Counted from the whole stretch's first letter, positions 37,861-49,935 are shown. The stretch is DNA of 63,522 bases, filler included, from Octopus bimaculoides (GCF_001194135.2; 5 parts of 5 records of this genome joined end to end with filler, not necessarily neighbours in it), one strand, 5' to 3'. The notes: generated from the letters alone by a model not told the origin. A program made the numbers and translations.

Positions 37861-38214
37861 TATTTAAAAAGTAATGTTATGATACATTACGGAGGATATA
37901 TTATAAACAATTAATAATTATTTACGAATATATTAATGGCCAAACATGTTATCATAAACTGCAAAGAAGAAAAACGTTTATAATTATGAACAAGTCACAA
38001 TTATAACTAACAGGGTTAAAAACACCCTTACATAATTAGAAATAGCAGTCAAAAGCGCTATAAAGCCATTTTTACCACTCATAATATTTCTCTTCACGAT
38101 AAAAGCTGTCTACGGGCAACATGACAAATAGAATCCACAACTATACATGGTCATTTTAGCCATGTTGGTGATATTGGTGATACTTTTCTTTCTTTCTTTA
38201 GACCTTTCCGTTTT

Positions 38215-38250
38215 CCTTTCCGACGAAGAGTTATACTCGAAACGTCAAAA
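38215..38250 (+). ncRNA. Degenerate minimal hammerhead-like motif (Penelope pLTR type)
   Basis: CCGACGA-A-GAG-TTATA-CTC-GAAAC-GTC: stem II and GAAACGUC present, U4 mutated to C. Confidence 0.5.
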
Positions 38251-38350
38251 ACTCTCTCTTCTTACCGAGCATCGAACTAATACAGTCCATGTGCATGTCC
38301 TCCTGTTATTTTGTTATTGTTATTTTTAATGTTCGATTATTCCATTTGAC

Positions 38351-38383
<33 letters not shown>

Positions 38384-38419
38384 GTATATATATACACGTA
38401 CATACATACACACACACAC

Positions 38420-39975
38420 ACCTAGAACCACGATAATAGCCTAGGAGTAAAATTTAAGATTTCTCGGTTTTCTGTGAATTGATTTTGATAAAACTTTCCC
38501 CAGCAGGTTTGCACACTATGGCAACACTATTGTTATGTTTTCATTATTCTGTGAAACGTCCTTTCTCTTATATTTCAAATTCTTCATTTTTTGGATGAAC
38601 CATGCTAATAGCGTCTCTCCTCTCTAAGAACAACGGGACGTAGAAGAAAAGGCTGTCATCATCAAGGAGAGTGCTAAAGGCACCTCACATGTAATTGCGG
38701 AGAAGTTAGGTCGTCATGTGGACACGGTTAGATGGTTGCTGAAGGATCCCTCGCCAAAGAAGAAACGATCCGATTGTAGGATCTCCAAGACAATGACAGC
38801 TATGGATTTAAGGAACATTGATCGCAAGTTACGTGGGAAACCTGGACAAACAAGCAAAACCATTTTCACCGCCTCCGGACTTCTGAAAACCACCAGAAAT
38901 CGCATCCTCAGGTTCATGGCTTCTATGCAAGAATCCCTGAAACTGCCTCTTTTACAGCTCCGTCACAAGAGTTTGAGGCTTCAATGGGCCCAAAAGTACA
39001 TGCGGTTAGACATGAGTTGTGTTCTGTTCACTGACGAAACCAGGGCGACCCTTGACGGACCTGACGGTTGTGCAAATGGTTGGGTATATTTTGGAAATGA
39101 GCGTCACCAACGTTTACGACATCAACAACAGGGTGGAGGAGTCTTGTTATGGGCTGGTATCATTAGGGACAGACTTGTTGGTCCAGTCAGGATACCTGAA
39201 GGAGTTAAAGTGACCGCAGTCGCCTACTGTTTGCCGGTTGACCCGATCAAGGATGCCCTGAAGCTAAATACCTCCACCCCCAACCACCACTACCACCATC
39301 ACCAACAACAACAACTGCCATAATAATACTTTTCACAGATGTTTCATTCTTTTACTGGTTTCAATCATTGGATGGCCGCCAGTTATGCCAGTTACATTAG
39401 ATGACCTCCTGAAGGTGGTTTTGGATTCTTGGTTAGATGACACACCACTGTCACTTCTAAGGAATCTTGTATTCATGCATGACAATGCTCCCTCCCACTC
39501 AGCTACGACCACTCAAACATTACTAAGGTCTTACAGCATACAAGGTAAAAGGTTGATGGTGTGGCCGCAAGCATCTCCAGATCTCAACCCTATCGAAAAT
39601 CTTTGGCCCATCATTAAACAAGATGCTTATGCCGATGGGCGCTAATTTACGTCGAAAGATGTCTTATGGGTGACCATCAAAGCTGAAGGAGAGACAGTCC
39701 AACCTGCTACTCTGAAGAAATTGACAGATTCCATGACTAATAGGGTCTTTGAAGTTATCCGTCGAAATGGCGCTCATGTGGTTAAATGATTCATTATGTC
39801 AATAAATGTTGTAATATTATTATGGATTTCTATTAAATATATACTCAATTTATGCTTAATATGTATCATTACCTTTCATTTTCTCAAAAATGAAAAAAAT
39901 GTCTAGATGGGCTATTTTCATACAAAAGCTATTAGCGTGATTCACCCCAAAAAACTGAAAAATCTGAAATAAATA
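38420..39975 (+). mobile_element. Tc1-like DD37E (TRT-type) DNA transposon, decayed
   Basis: Transposase remnants at 38628-39789; partial inverted match between 38451-38490 and 39941-39975; outer right TIR missing. Confidence 0.85.
38628..39789 (+). pseudogene. DD37E transposase pseudogene
   Basis: HTH EEKAVIIKESAKGTSHVIAEKLGRHVDTVRWLL; FTDETRATLDGPDG; WAGII..GPVRIPEGVK; MHDNAPSH..SPDLNPIENLW with exactly 37 residues between D and E. Disabled by a lost start, a 172-bp insertion (39231-39402) and a TAA at 39643-39645. Confidence 0.9.
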
Positions 39976-40634
39976 AAAAGGACCTTATAGTTGCAAAACA
40001 AACTTCTTAGCCATTCAGCCATGCCTGCGTTCTGTTTGTAGTGAAGAAAAACAATGCCTACTCGCCTCTACACCGCTACGCCAGCTCCGCCAGCTCGCCA
40101 GCTACGTCAGCTCGACAGCTATCGGTTTGACTATCACATATTGCTGAACAACGCAAATCCAGTCAAACACTGCCATAGCTTTTCCAGATATTCTCAACAT
40201 TTGGTGAAAGGACAGGTTTTCGAAAGGTCAGATTCTTTCACTTTTCGCAGACTTTTCCACAGACACTCCACTGTTTACTAAGCGTAGCATGCCGCCAATG
40301 TTTAACACCATCTTCATGTGGTGCTGGAGTGTTTTCAAGCATTTCGACCTGAGCTGCTCGATGTTTNNNNNNNNNNNNNNNNNNNNNNNNNNNNNNNNNN
40401 NNNNNNNNNNNNNNNNNNNNNNNNNNNNNNNNNNNNNNNNNNNNNNNNNNNNNNNNNNNNNNNNNNNNNNNNNNNNNNNNNNNNNNNNNNNNNNNNNNNN
40501 NNNNNNNNNNNNNNNNNNNNNNNNNNNNNNNNNNNNNNNNNNNNNNNNNNNNNNNNNNNNNNNNNNNNNNNNNNNNNNNNNNNNNNNNNNNNNNNNNNNN
40601 NNNNNNNNNNNNNNNNNNNNNNNNNNNNNNNNNN

Positions 40635-40896
40635 TAGCTCTCGGGGATATTCAGCGTGACAGAGTGTGACAAGGCTGGCCCTTTGAATTACAGGCACAAC
40701 AGAAACAGGAAGAAAGAGTGAGAGAAAGTTGTAGTGAGAGAGTACAGCAGGGTTCGCCACCATCCCCTGCCGGAGCCTCGTGGAGCTTTAGGTGTTTTCG
40801 CTCAATAAACACTCACAACGCCAGGTTTGGGAATCGAAACCGCGATCCTATGATCGCGAGTCCGCTGCCCTAACCACTGGGCCATTGCGCCTCCAC
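40635..40896 (-). mobile_element. SINE family C, 5' two-thirds (remainder in gap)
   Basis: Intact head GTGGAGGCGCAATGGCCCAGTGGTTAGGG..GGTTTCGATTCCC on minus. Confidence 0.9.
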
Positions 40897-41790
40897 TGTT
40901 AGTATATAAGCGGCCATCAAAAAACTTTCTGTGATTAAATTGGCCCGTAATGTAATTCAAGCTGGTTAGGCCTGGTTTAGTCCTTTTGTTGTGCTTGGTT
41001 TTGTTTTGTTTTGGTTTGTTTTAATATGTGTTCGTCTACAGCTGTTCACGTTATAACTTTGAGCTCTGCTAATCTCAGTAATATCAGTCGGCTTGCAAAA
41101 ATCCTGGACACTGCTGCCTTATCTCTCACTAAATTATAAAAAGAAAGAAAGAAAGAAAGAAAGAAAGGAAGGAAGGAAGGAAGAAAAGAAAGAAGAAAGG
41201 AAGGAAGAAGGAAAGGAATAAAGAAAGAAAGAAAAAGAAAGAGCAGATGTAATCTGTCACTCGAGAGGAGTGTGTGGGTTTGATATTGGGTTGAAAAGTG
41301 GTCAGCAAAATGGCCACAGCCTCAATGATAGCCATTTGAATCCGACTACACAGATGCACTAACTTAGAAAATTATCCTTAACTCTTTGTGTATCCTGTGT
41401 ATCGTGTGTGTTACCTAGGAAATATTTCCCGTGTGTCCACGAGTCATATGTGACACACATACCTAATATTTTTTCAACTATTAGAGTAACTCGGGATTTA
41501 CGGTAGGAAAGCTTTACGTATGAAACAAGGGCTAACTAAAAATCAGAAAACGAGCGAGGACGCTTAGAATAAACTCATGAAAATGTTTTTGAAAAGGCAG
41601 CGGGCTAGAAAGGAGGACCTTTTCGTAGTCGATCAGTCTATTAGGAATAGCAACGAAATATCTCTCAAATAATCCACTGCTGACTTAAAAATGAGAATGT
41701 GAGATGTGTATCCAGAATATGTTAAACAAAGATGGGGTGGCTACGGTTTGCCGGTTGACCCGATCAAGGATGCCCTGAAGTTAAACACCC

Positions 41791-41917
41791 AGCCGAGGTC
41801 GACTTTGCCTTTCATCTTTTCGGGGTCATAGGATGAGTACCAGTCAAGCACTAGGTCGATGTAATCGACTTACCCTACTCACCTGAAATTGCTGGCCTCG
41901 TGCCAAAATTTGAAACC
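41791..41917 (+). mobile_element. SINE family A, 3' half
   Basis: GCCGAGGTCGACTTTGCC..ATTGCTGGCCTCGTGCCAAAATTTGAAACC. Confidence 0.85.
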
Positions 41918-41959
41918 AATATTAGATTCCACACCCATACATAGACGCACGTATGTATT

Positions 41960-42180
41960 AGCAGCCACGCTGGAGCACCGCCTTGAAGGGTTTAATCGAG
42001 CAAATCAACCCTGGTATTTATATCTTAAGCTTAGCATTTATTCCATCGGTCTCTTTTGCCGAACCGCTAAGATATGGGGATGCAAACTAACCAACACCAG
42101 TTGTCAAGCGGTGGTGGTGAAGAAGCACAAAGAGAAGGATACAAACACACATAATGGCCTTCTTTCAGTTTTCTACAGTC
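41960..42180 (-). mobile_element. SINE family B, 3' half plus junction
   Basis: GCTGGAGCACCGCCTTGAAGG..TTTTGCCGAACCGCTAAG..GTTGTCAAGCGGTGG. Confidence 0.8.
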
Positions 42181-42526
42181 ATCTTTAAAGTGGTAAAACT
42201 GTTCTCCAGAGATGTAGAAAACGTTTAGGTGCCAGGAAGACGTCAGTTATAAACTAGTTCATTTGCAAACCTGAAGTCCTTTTGCTTCAAGTTAATACCC
42301 TGCTTTCATTGTATCGTCATAGCCTGAAAGTTCTATTGTGTGAATGGTCATGTCCTAGAACAAGAGAAGCTCAATGAATGATACAAGACTTCTTGATTTG
42401 TATATAATAGCCACAAGGAAAACTAACTTTTCTCAATAACTGAAAGCTTCATCTTGTTTAGTGCGGTTCGAGATTATAGAAGCGCTGGTTCAAAGACGAA
42501 AGCTGTTTGCAGCTGTTGAGAATCCC

Positions 42527-42716
42527 ATTAGCCTAGACTATGCAAAACAAGTGTCTTTTGCAATGTAATGCTGGGACAGATTTCAATTGTATCAAGGTGT
42601 TTTAGAAGGTTTTTTTCCTCACCGACCCAAGTACTCCAATCACAATTGGTATCACTCTTGCTTTCGTATTCCACATTTTCGACATCTATTCTCAAGTCTC
42701 CATATTTGTACGATAA
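42527..42716 (-). mobile_element. Dong/R4-clade LINE, short 5'-truncated C-terminus
   Basis: YKYGDLRIDVE / MWNTKARVIPIVIGVLGSVRK / NLLKHLDTI..LQKT; 5' junction abuts (ATT)n at 42718-42797. Confidence 0.8.
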
Positions 42717-42733
42717 AATTATTATTATTATTA

Positions 42734-42796
<63 letters not shown>

Positions 42797-42798
<2 letters not shown>

Positions 42799-42926
42799 CC
42801 GCCGAGGTTGACTTTGCCTTTCGCCCTTCTACCGGGAGTCGATAAAATTAGTAGCAGTTGATCACTGGGGTCGATGTAATCGATTTTCTTCCCGCCCCCG
42901 AAACTCTTGTGCCAAAATTTGAGACC
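42797..42926 (+). mobile_element. SINE family A, 3' half, between (ATT)n tracts
   Basis: CCGCCGAGGTTGACTTTGCC..CTTGTGCCAAAATTTGAGACC. Confidence 0.85.
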
Positions 42927-43471
42927 ATCATTATTATTATTGTTACCCTTATCATTACTTTTCAATTTTACACCGAGGCGGTACCAAAACCAATGAGAGT
43001 TATCTAAGGCGTGGTTATTGTGCGTTTGTTATTACGAAGTGAAACTATCATTATGAATTCTCAGAAGTAATATGCAGTTGACGTTAACTTGTTCGTTCAA
43101 TTACTTTATTTTGATAGTTTTTTTTAATGGCTGTACGTATATCGACCGCATTCAGCTAAAATCAAATCTGTTTCTGTTTTTAGTTCGATATATTGGTTTA
43201 CATGTTTTCACATTTTCTCAAAATCCAGCTTTATAGTATAAATACCACAAAGAGGTTTTCTGCCCATTTTGTTTCAGGAATTTTAATGCCCACTTTCTCT
43301 TCATAATCCTTTTCCCTCAGAGTACTCTAGCTTCAAAATTGTACTTGTTTTTTTTCTCATATACAGAGAACAAAATATGTATATCAGAGTGGATTTACAA
43401 GTTCTAATAACCTCACAAGTCCACAAGACTATACTGGATCTGTACGCAATGAGACAAAGGGCACGAGACAG

Positions 43472-44152
43472 ATGGTGCCGGATCCAATGCCTAGATGCTG
43501 TACATTTCGTAGTAAGACTCACTTAAGGGTCATTTGCCCTGAGGAACTGAAAAGACTATGAAAGAAAACGAGGAAGAAAAGCAGCGAAGACCAGACGAGA
43601 CAGCAAAAAGAGCTGCGGACGTCAGATCCAGAGCACCGTCAGTCACAGGAAATAATGGAGGAGGTCAAGTTTCATTCAGTATTTGTTACAAGCGAACAAT
43701 CATCCTGTCCCTTAATGGTAGTAATCGGTAGTACCATTCAACCATTGTGTGTCGAGGGAGAAATAATGATATTGGCAGCAGAGAACGTATCCAAACTACT
43801 TGAAATATAAAAGGGAAAAAGAGAAAGGAATCCCTATGAAGAAAATCAATAGCAAGAGAAGACAGTAAAATCGGGTGAGGAGGAACAACCTTCTCCAAAA
43901 AACAATGATGTCCCTTCACGATATAATGAGGAAGACGACGATGATTATGATGATGATGAAGAGGACGATGAAAGGAGATTCATTGTCATTCGAAGACCAA
44001 AACAACTGCTGATAGACAAAATTACACGTTTGTTATACCATAGATACTTCAGTGATATCAAAATGACCGAGGTACAACTGGAGTTGGAACATAGAACATC
44101 CGTGAAGAACAGTTTGTTGGTAAAAGCAACACAAATGTATTACAACCAATGA
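43472..44152 (+). pseudogene. Decayed gag/ORF1-like frame with a CCHC zinc-knuckle relic
   Basis: One frame of about 226 codons with three internal stops (43559, 43808, 43850); PRCCTFRSKTHLRVICP is CX2CX4HX4C with one TGT>TTT change; acidic tract EEDDDDYDDDEEDD. Confidence 0.6.
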
Positions 44153-44294
44153 AAATGTTAGCTTTAAGACGTGGGTCGTAATCAGCCCTAACCAACTCGA
44201 AAAGATGTTAACTGACACCTTTAGGTGGGTACGAGGCTGCAGTACGAACAATGACAGGCGGATAATGATCTAGCTTTGAAGGTTCTTCCTTGTA

Positions 44295-44597
44295 TACTCT
44301 TTTACTCTTTTACTTGTTTCAGTCATTTTGACTGCGGCCATGCTGGAGCACCACCTTTAGTCGAGCAAATCGACCCCAGGAATTATTCTTTGTAAGCCTA
44401 GTACTTATTCTATCGTTCTCTTTTACCGAACCGCTNNNNNNNNNNNNNNNNNNNNNNNNNNNNNNNNNNNNNNNNNNNNNNNNNNNNNNNNNNNNNNNNN
44501 NNNNNNNNNNNNNNNNNNNNNNNNNNNNNNNNNNNNNNNNNNNNNNNNNNNNNNNNNNNNNNNNNNNNNNNNNNNNNNNNNNNNNNNNNNNNNNNNN

Positions 44598-44633
<36 letters not shown>

Positions 44634-44797
44634 CGATGGGCTTCTTTCAGTTTCCGTCTACCAAATCCACTCACAAGGCTTTGGTCGGCCCGAGGATATA
44701 GTAGAAGACACTTGCCCAAGGTGCCATGCAGTTGGACTGAACCCGGAACCATGTGGTTGGTAAGCAAGTTACTTACCACACAGCTACTCCTGCGCCT
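44295..44797 (-). mobile_element. SINE family B, full length, gap inside its internal microsatellite
   Basis: Well-preserved head (AGGCGCAGGAGTAGCTGTGTGGTAAG), CTTGGGCAAGTGTCTT and tail (GTAAAAGAGTAAAAGAGTA) on either side of the gap. Confidence 0.92.
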
Positions 44798-45060
44798 ATA
44801 TGTGAACGAGAATCAATTATGACTTTCACGTTTTATTTCCTTTTAATTTCAATTTGTTTTAATTATTGTGTTTTATTATATTTTCCATTTATTTCTGTGA
44901 AATTGCTTATGTTATAAATTTTTAATTTATTCCCATTTTAATTGAATAACGTATTTCATCTCCCACTTCGTCTTTGCATAACATTTTTGTTCCATCCCTT
45001 ACACACTCTTTGGAGGCCCTCTATTGAACGTTCATCGCATTTTTGTATTCCTTTAAGACC

Positions 45061-45275
45061 TTGTCGAGCTGTTAGTATCGTTAGCGCGTCGGACAAAGTG
45101 CTTAGCAGCTTTTTTTTTTTAAGGCTGCTAAGCACTTTACGTGCTGAGCTCAAATCTCACCAAAGTCGGCTTTGCCTTTTATCGTTTCGGGACCGATAAA
45201 ATAAATACCAGTCAAATACTGGAGTTGATGTAATCTACTTCCTTCCCCTTCCTTTCAAAACTGGTGACCCTATGT
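45061..45275 (+). mobile_element. SINE family A with internal fold-back
   Basis: Family A head and body with a 15-bp inverted duplication at 45095-45138. Confidence 0.8.
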
Positions 45276-45292
45276 CACTGTTATTATTATTA

Positions 45293-45339
<47 letters not shown>

Positions 45340-45776
45340 AAGTTTTAGTTTTATTGCATGTTTTCACTGCATTACTGAGTGCAGCCCTATGAACTTTGAG
45401 CACGTGTAATGTTTTGTTTTGATTTTGTATGGTTGATTACAGTGAAATGCTCTACATATGTTTACAGTATCAGGCCGTAGTGTTTTCTATATATTGTATC
45501 TATCTGACTATTTGAAGTCCCAGAGTTTGGATTATGTATAAGTCGGTGTATTTTTCAAATCTTTCCCAAGTTACCTATTATTATAGAAATTGTTTTTATT
45601 TCCAGTTCCCACATTCTAAATATTTGTTTTCAAATCATTATATTTGTATCTCAATTTTGTCAAGAGATCGTCTGTTACATATTTGATTGGGGAACATTTT
45701 CTTTCTTGCGTGTTCTTGACAGCAATAACAGATCAACTGGTTTTGATTTCTTTGTGTAGAAAAGGATATCCTAAAG

Positions 45777-46111
45777 CAGTGGTTCTCAACCGGAATCAAT
45801 ACGACCCCTGAGGGTCCATATAAGATTTTGTAGGGTCCATGCAAGCAAAATAATATATTGGGGATCCATGATAGTATTTTAAGAATCCATGAGAAACTTT
45901 TGCTTTAGATGCATTTATTGCAAGAAGCAGCTCTGTTTCTTTCTCTAACATTTTATGCAGTTTAAACTACTCCAGTGAATGTGTGATGAACAAAATAGGA
46001 ATTTTGAAAGATGTATAAAACTAGTTTTAAAAATCGAATGATTATGGGTGTCCACCAGAATAAAATAGTAATCAAAGGGGTTCGTTGGCAAAAAATGGCT
46101 GAGAACTACCG
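45777..46111. mobile_element. hAT-superfamily MITE with 8-bp TSD
   Basis: TIR CAGTGGTTCTCAACC / GGCTGAGAACTACCG; TCCTAAAG at 45769-45776 and 46112-46119. Confidence 0.92.
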
Positions 46112-47005
46112 TCCTAAAGTATGATCGCTTTGTGATTCTCTGAAACCTGTTCTACTGTATATGTTTCTTCCGATTTTTAACACAAGTGTTTCCTTTCGCT
46201 GGCATAATTTTCAGTGTATAAAAGTACCAACTCCGACATGCCTGTAGATGTATCCTCTCTTGACTAAGACTTGGCAACCAGTGACAATGTGGATATTTAC
46301 TATTTCTCAACCTTCACATATTTTGAAGTTTTCCTGCCAGAAACTACTTAGGTAGTTTTTGGCATATATGCATGTATATATATATATATATNNNNNNNNN
46401 NNNNNNNNNNNNNNNNNNNNNNNNNNNNNNNNNNNNNNNNNNNNNNNNNNNNNNNNNNNNNNNNNNNNNNNNNNNNNNNNNNNNNNNNNNNNNNNNNNNN
46501 NNNNNNNNNNNNNNNNNNNNNNNNNNNNNNNNNNNNNNNNNNNNNNNNNNNNNNNNNNNNNNNNNNNNNNNNNNNNNNNNNNNNNNNNNNNNNNNNNNNN
46601 NNNNNNNNNNNNNNNNNNNNNNNNNNNNNNNNNNNNNNNNNNNNNNNNNNNNNNNNNNNNNNNNNNNNNNNNNNNNNNNNNNNNNNNNNNNNNNNNNNNN
46701 NNNNNNNNNNNNNNNNNNNNNNNNNNNNNNNNNNNNNNNNNNNNNNNNNNNNNNNNNNNNNNNNNNNNNNNNNNNNNNNNNNNNNNNNNNNNNNNNNNNN
46801 NNNNNNNNNNNNNNNNNNNNNNNNNNNNNNNNNNNNNNNNNNNNNNNNNNNNNNNNNNNNNNNNNNNNNNNNNNNNNNNNNNNNNNNNNNNNNNNNNNNN
46901 NNNNNNNNNNNNNNNNNNNNNNNNNNNNNNNNNNNNNNNNNNNNNNNNNNNNNNNNNNNNNNNNNNNNNNNNNNNNNNNNNNNNNNNNNNNNNNNNNNNN
47001 NNNNN

Positions 47006-47638
47006 CAACTTCCCACTGTTCTTTCAGTTCATGACACGCATTCAGTCCTGACTGCTTTTGATCTTCTGTGAACAAGCGAGACACAAATTTTACTGCAACT
47101 CTTTTCATTCTCAATTCCTCACTCAAAATTCGTTGGCAGGAGCTCCAGGCCACACCAATCATATCAACAAATTCGTCAATTGTTCGGTGACGGTCCTCCA
47201 AGATCAATTCATGAATTTTCATGATGTTTTCATTCATTCGGAAGGTCGACGGTCGTCCTGGTCGAGGTTGGTCTTCAAGCGGCAAGTGACAATTTCTAAA
47301 ACATGGAGACCACTCGTAAACTTGCGTTTTGCTCATGCTGCGTTCTTGTAAGCTGTTTGAAGCATGATAACTGTTTCGGCCGCCATTTTCCCCTGCAGAA
47401 AACAGACTTTCACGGATGCTCGCTGTTCCTACGTTTTAGCCATCGCAAAAATCGAGGAACAGGGAAGAAGCACTGCATTACAAAGATACACCATGTGGCA
47501 GTACGACTTTGTTGGACGTCGCCGGTCGGTAGACTGATGCCTGAGTGTCCAATCAGTGGCTTCTAGCGGCGGAAGCCTGAACTACAACGGGTTTGTCCCA
47601 CAGCGACCTTTCCGGTTACCTTTGGGTACTCACTCGTA
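47006..47638 (-). mobile_element. mariner transposon, 5' half (remainder probably in the gap)
   Basis: Terminus TACGAGTGAGTACCCAAAGGTAACCGGAAA; MAKT*EQRASVKVCF..MSKTQVYEW..EDQPRPGRPS..MKRVAVKFVSRLFTEDQK. Confidence 0.9.
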
Positions 47639-49788
47639 TTTCTATTCCCGTTCAGTTTTTCTCGTATTGGCCATATAAATGGCGTCATTTCAGCATAACA
47701 TGTAGACTAGTTTCTAGCTTTTTCACAATATCTGTTGCTTCCTCTTCCCTTCATAACCGTATGTCTCTTCAGCATTTGTTTTGTATTTATTGGCTTCCTT
47801 GAAGACAGAAAACAATTATTGTTTTGTCCGTGTTTGGTAGTTATTTTTGCTAGTTTTTCACAGTACTTCACCAGGTAATTTTTCTACATCTAAAGTGTAA
47901 TAATTTTCTAGTTGCATAAGACCCTACCTCCCTGTATTCGTAGGAAAGAAACTTTCTATGACAGAACAATAGCCAAGCGAGAAGGCGTTTCCCTGGAATA
48001 GAGGTGAAGTGAAATTTTATAATTGCTCCCTCTTGTCCTCGTCTGCTACAAAATTGTTTGCCATTTATTCGTTACATGTTTAAGGTATCTGCTTATTATT
48101 GTTCATTTATTCTAATGTTTGCAGGATACGAAACACTTTCAGGTAGTCAATCCAAGCTAAGTTTAAACCATTCTTCGGTTATAGCTTAGTTGAACAGCAA
48201 TTGACTTTTGCTACCATGTTCACTACTATATGAGCTTTTCTTGCATTGCCTCTATTTATCCTCCGTGGTATCATTGTAAGTAGGGCTATGTAAGATGTAG
48301 GAAGGCAGCTGGTGTATCTAGATTTAGGACTTTGCTTCTTTTCTTCTTTTTGTTTCTTTTGGTCTTCGGGATTAAGAGGATATTTTCCTCCCCTATCGTA
48401 ATTCAGTCAAGCTTTATGTTGTTGTCTATTCAAAACGCATCTTATTAAATATCCCGGCTAGCATCTCCTGTGAAACCTGTTAAATTGTAAACCAGAAATT
48501 TGAGACTTTTTCATTTTCTGGCTCATTCCATTTATTCGGTCTTATACATTGAAGCGCCTGGGCTACTTTTGTGTTGTATATGACCTTTCACAATTGTTCG
48601 TGTTTTGAACAATCGTAATGAATTAATAATTCTTTCGTTGCCATAGTAATTATTTTGTCCCAGTAATTTTTCATGGTCTACACTCTTCTCTAGAATTCTT
48701 CTATTTCCCTGTTGGTGCTGAATTGAATTTTATTTTATCATTACCAAGTTCTCGATAAAATCGTTTTGAATTGCAGGCAGAATACTCATTTTGTTAGATA
48801 ATCGTCACTTTTCATACTGTTTTTTTTTTCACGATTTAGCAAATTTCTCTTTTCTCAAATCCACGTCAATTTTACACACTCTTTTCGCTTATACTATATT
48901 TCTATACATTTCTTCTTATCTTTTCAGTTGTATCTTTTGGATATTGATTTCATTTGGTAAGTACTGAAGGCTGTTATCTTTTATTTTCATTATTTTTCGG
49001 TATAATCGTTTTCCATGTCATTCGTCTGAGTTTCAAAGGTAATGTTCACGTTCCTTTGTAATTAACATAACCACAGCATAAATTACTTCGCTTAACCTGG
49101 GAATATTGGCGTTTCGTGTCTGTCTTAATTTATTTGGCGATGGCCTGGTTTGCATTTCTTTTATTGAGGAGGGGTGAGAGACGATGAGAGGTGTGGGAAG
49201 GAGAAGGACGTCAGAACATCAGAACATCAGGCCAGTCCATCTGCGATACCATAGATGTATTTTATAGTATATACGAAATTTGCATTCTTTNNNNNNNNNN
49301 NNNNNNNNNNNNNNNNNNNNNNNNNNNNNNNNNNNNNNNNNNNNNNNNNNNNNNNNNNNNNNNNNNNNNNNNNNNNNNNNNNNNNNNNNNNNNNNNNNNN
49401 NNNNNNNNNNNNNNNNNNNNNNNNNNNNNNNCACATCTTGTGTCTATTAAGATGTGATCTATTTCTAGCACATTAATTGTCCACGTTAGTGGTCAACGTT
49501 ATTTTTAAAAATGTACCTTAATCCCCTGAGATTGCAGATATTATTTCTGAATCTCTTTGATTCTTTAGATGTGCTGGCCTCCTGATAATTAATCGATATT
49601 AATTAATATATGATTAATTACCATATTTTATAATAATATATATATATATATACGTTTATGAATTTATGTTGAAACAAATATTGTATTTCGGGACGGTAAT
49701 TTCTTCTTTTTTCTTGCCAAATAAACACGCGCACTATATATTCGTTCTTTACTCGTTTATTACTGTTCTTATTCTAAATTATGTCCAT

Positions 49789-49833
49789 TGTCCGAAAATC
49801 TTTCGTCACACATCTGTGACCTCCTCAGCGACA
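49789..49833 (-). ncRNA. Degenerate type I hammerhead-like motif
   Basis: Minus strand TGTCG-CTGAGGA-G-GTCACA-GATG-TGTGAC-GAAA-GATTTTC-GGACA: core and helix II good, helix I four of five pairs, helix III decayed. Confidence 0.5.
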
Positions 49834-49871
49834 CTTTCTATCTTCGTGTGTGTTTTTGCTTTGCTTATTCC

Positions 49872-49935
<64 letters not shown>

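Larger units (their letters stand above)
45336..49110 (-). mobile_element. Long decayed Dong/R4-clade non-LTR retrotransposon interrupted by a mariner and a hAT MITE
   Basis: Collinear minus-strand motifs: LSEVIYAV; QNEYSACNSKRFYRELG; NKWNEPENEKVSNFW; TSCLPTSYIALLTMI; GSKSQLLFN; LAWIDYLKVF; LFQGNAFS; GGR-LMQLENYY; IHIVTGCQVLVKRGYIYRHVGVGTFIH*KLCQ; RMWELEIKTISIIIGNLG; 3' end into (TAA)n at 45280-45335. Confidence 0.85.

Noticed and set aside
39030-39075. CTGACGA as a hammerhead core
   Set aside because: It lies in transposase codons (FTDET) and lacks helix II, GAAA and NUH geometry.
40130-40366. RTE-like RT C-terminal fragment on minus
   Set aside because: The similarity (LNI..N..V..K..SERI) is too weak to support a feature call.
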